A DNA stretch of 63,058 nt, the filler included, from Octopus bimaculoides (lineage: Eukaryota): assembly GCF_001194135.2 (NCBI RefSeq). It is 6 parts of 6 records of this genome, joined end to end, with 100 filler letters (N's around TTAATTAATTAA, not from the genome) between each part and the next. Parts side by side here need not be neighbours in the genome. Positions count along the whole stretch, not along the records: positions 61,661 to 63,058 come from NW_026393729.1; 5 more parts are not named here. One strand, given 5' to 3'. Made by a program: the position numbers and the translations under genes. The notes beneath the pieces are model-generated. The model was not told the origin of the DNA. It made no database searches and worked only from the letters and a program-made list of their open reading frames with translations. Below, piece after piece: positions 62,657-63,058 of the stretch (its first letter is position 1; each line of letters begins with the position of its first letter).

Positions 62657-62880
62657 TGTGTGTGTTTGTTCCTCCACACCACCGCCGCTTGACAGCCGGT
62701 GCTGGTGTGTTTCCGACCTAGTAAGATAGCAGTTCATCAAAAGAGACCACGAGAATATTTACCAGGCTTTTAAAGAAAATAAGTACTGGGGCCGATACAT
62801 TTGACTAAAAGTTCTTCAAGGCGGTGCTCCAGCATGGCCGCAGTCTAATGACTGAAACAATTAAAACATAAAAGATAAAG
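62657..62880 (+). mobile_element. SINE type A body and tail, interrupting the mariner 3' end
   Basis: GCTTGACAGCCGGTGCTGGTGTGTTT...GGCGGTGCTCCAGCATGGCCGCAGTCTAATGACTGAAACAA. Confidence 0.85.
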
Positions 62881-63027
62881 ATATTTGTTTATCTACCTTG
62901 CAACCTCCACAAAAAAAGACAAAACGTCTTGAATAGTTAAAGACATTTTTTAAATTCCCGAGCGTTATACTACTACATCGGTTTGTTTTCTGCACCACCT
63001 GTCTTTTGTTTTTCTTTTGTGAATTCT

Positions 63028-63058
<31 letters not shown>

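Overview
AT-rich, microsatellite-dense eukaryotic non-coding DNA from a draft assembly. About 10% is N. Five artificial 100-bp joins (N44-TTAATTAATTAA-N44) split the window into six separately assembled pieces. The SINE families, RTE/mariner content and microsatellite load look like an Octopus (cephalopod) genome; this is inferred from recognising the repeats, not from a search. I find no intact host protein-coding gene, rRNA, tRNA gene or CRISPR array, and the long ORFs are N-gap or microsatellite artefacts. The window is mostly decayed mobile DNA: about nine fragments of restriction-like-endonuclease (RLE; R4/Dong-like) non-LTR retrotransposons from about five families, RTE fragments (one with three C2H2 fingers), an L1/Tx1-like remnant with an inverted segment, three mariner remnants, hAT/Charlie-type MITEs with TSDs, a Helentron-type (HINE/DINE-1-like) element and many tRNA-derived SINEs. 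The most interesting signal is microsatellite-targeted retroelement stacking. The RLE copies sit in (AAT)n tracts with fixed polarity, and a 2.2-kb stack (25.2-27.4 kb) lies inside the AAT core of a repeat whose empty paralogue is 0.7 kb downstream. A second signal is short, near-perfect copies of nearby sequence captured at the edges of (TA)n tracts. Coordinates were read by eye and element boundaries are approximate unless a TSD or TIR is quoted.
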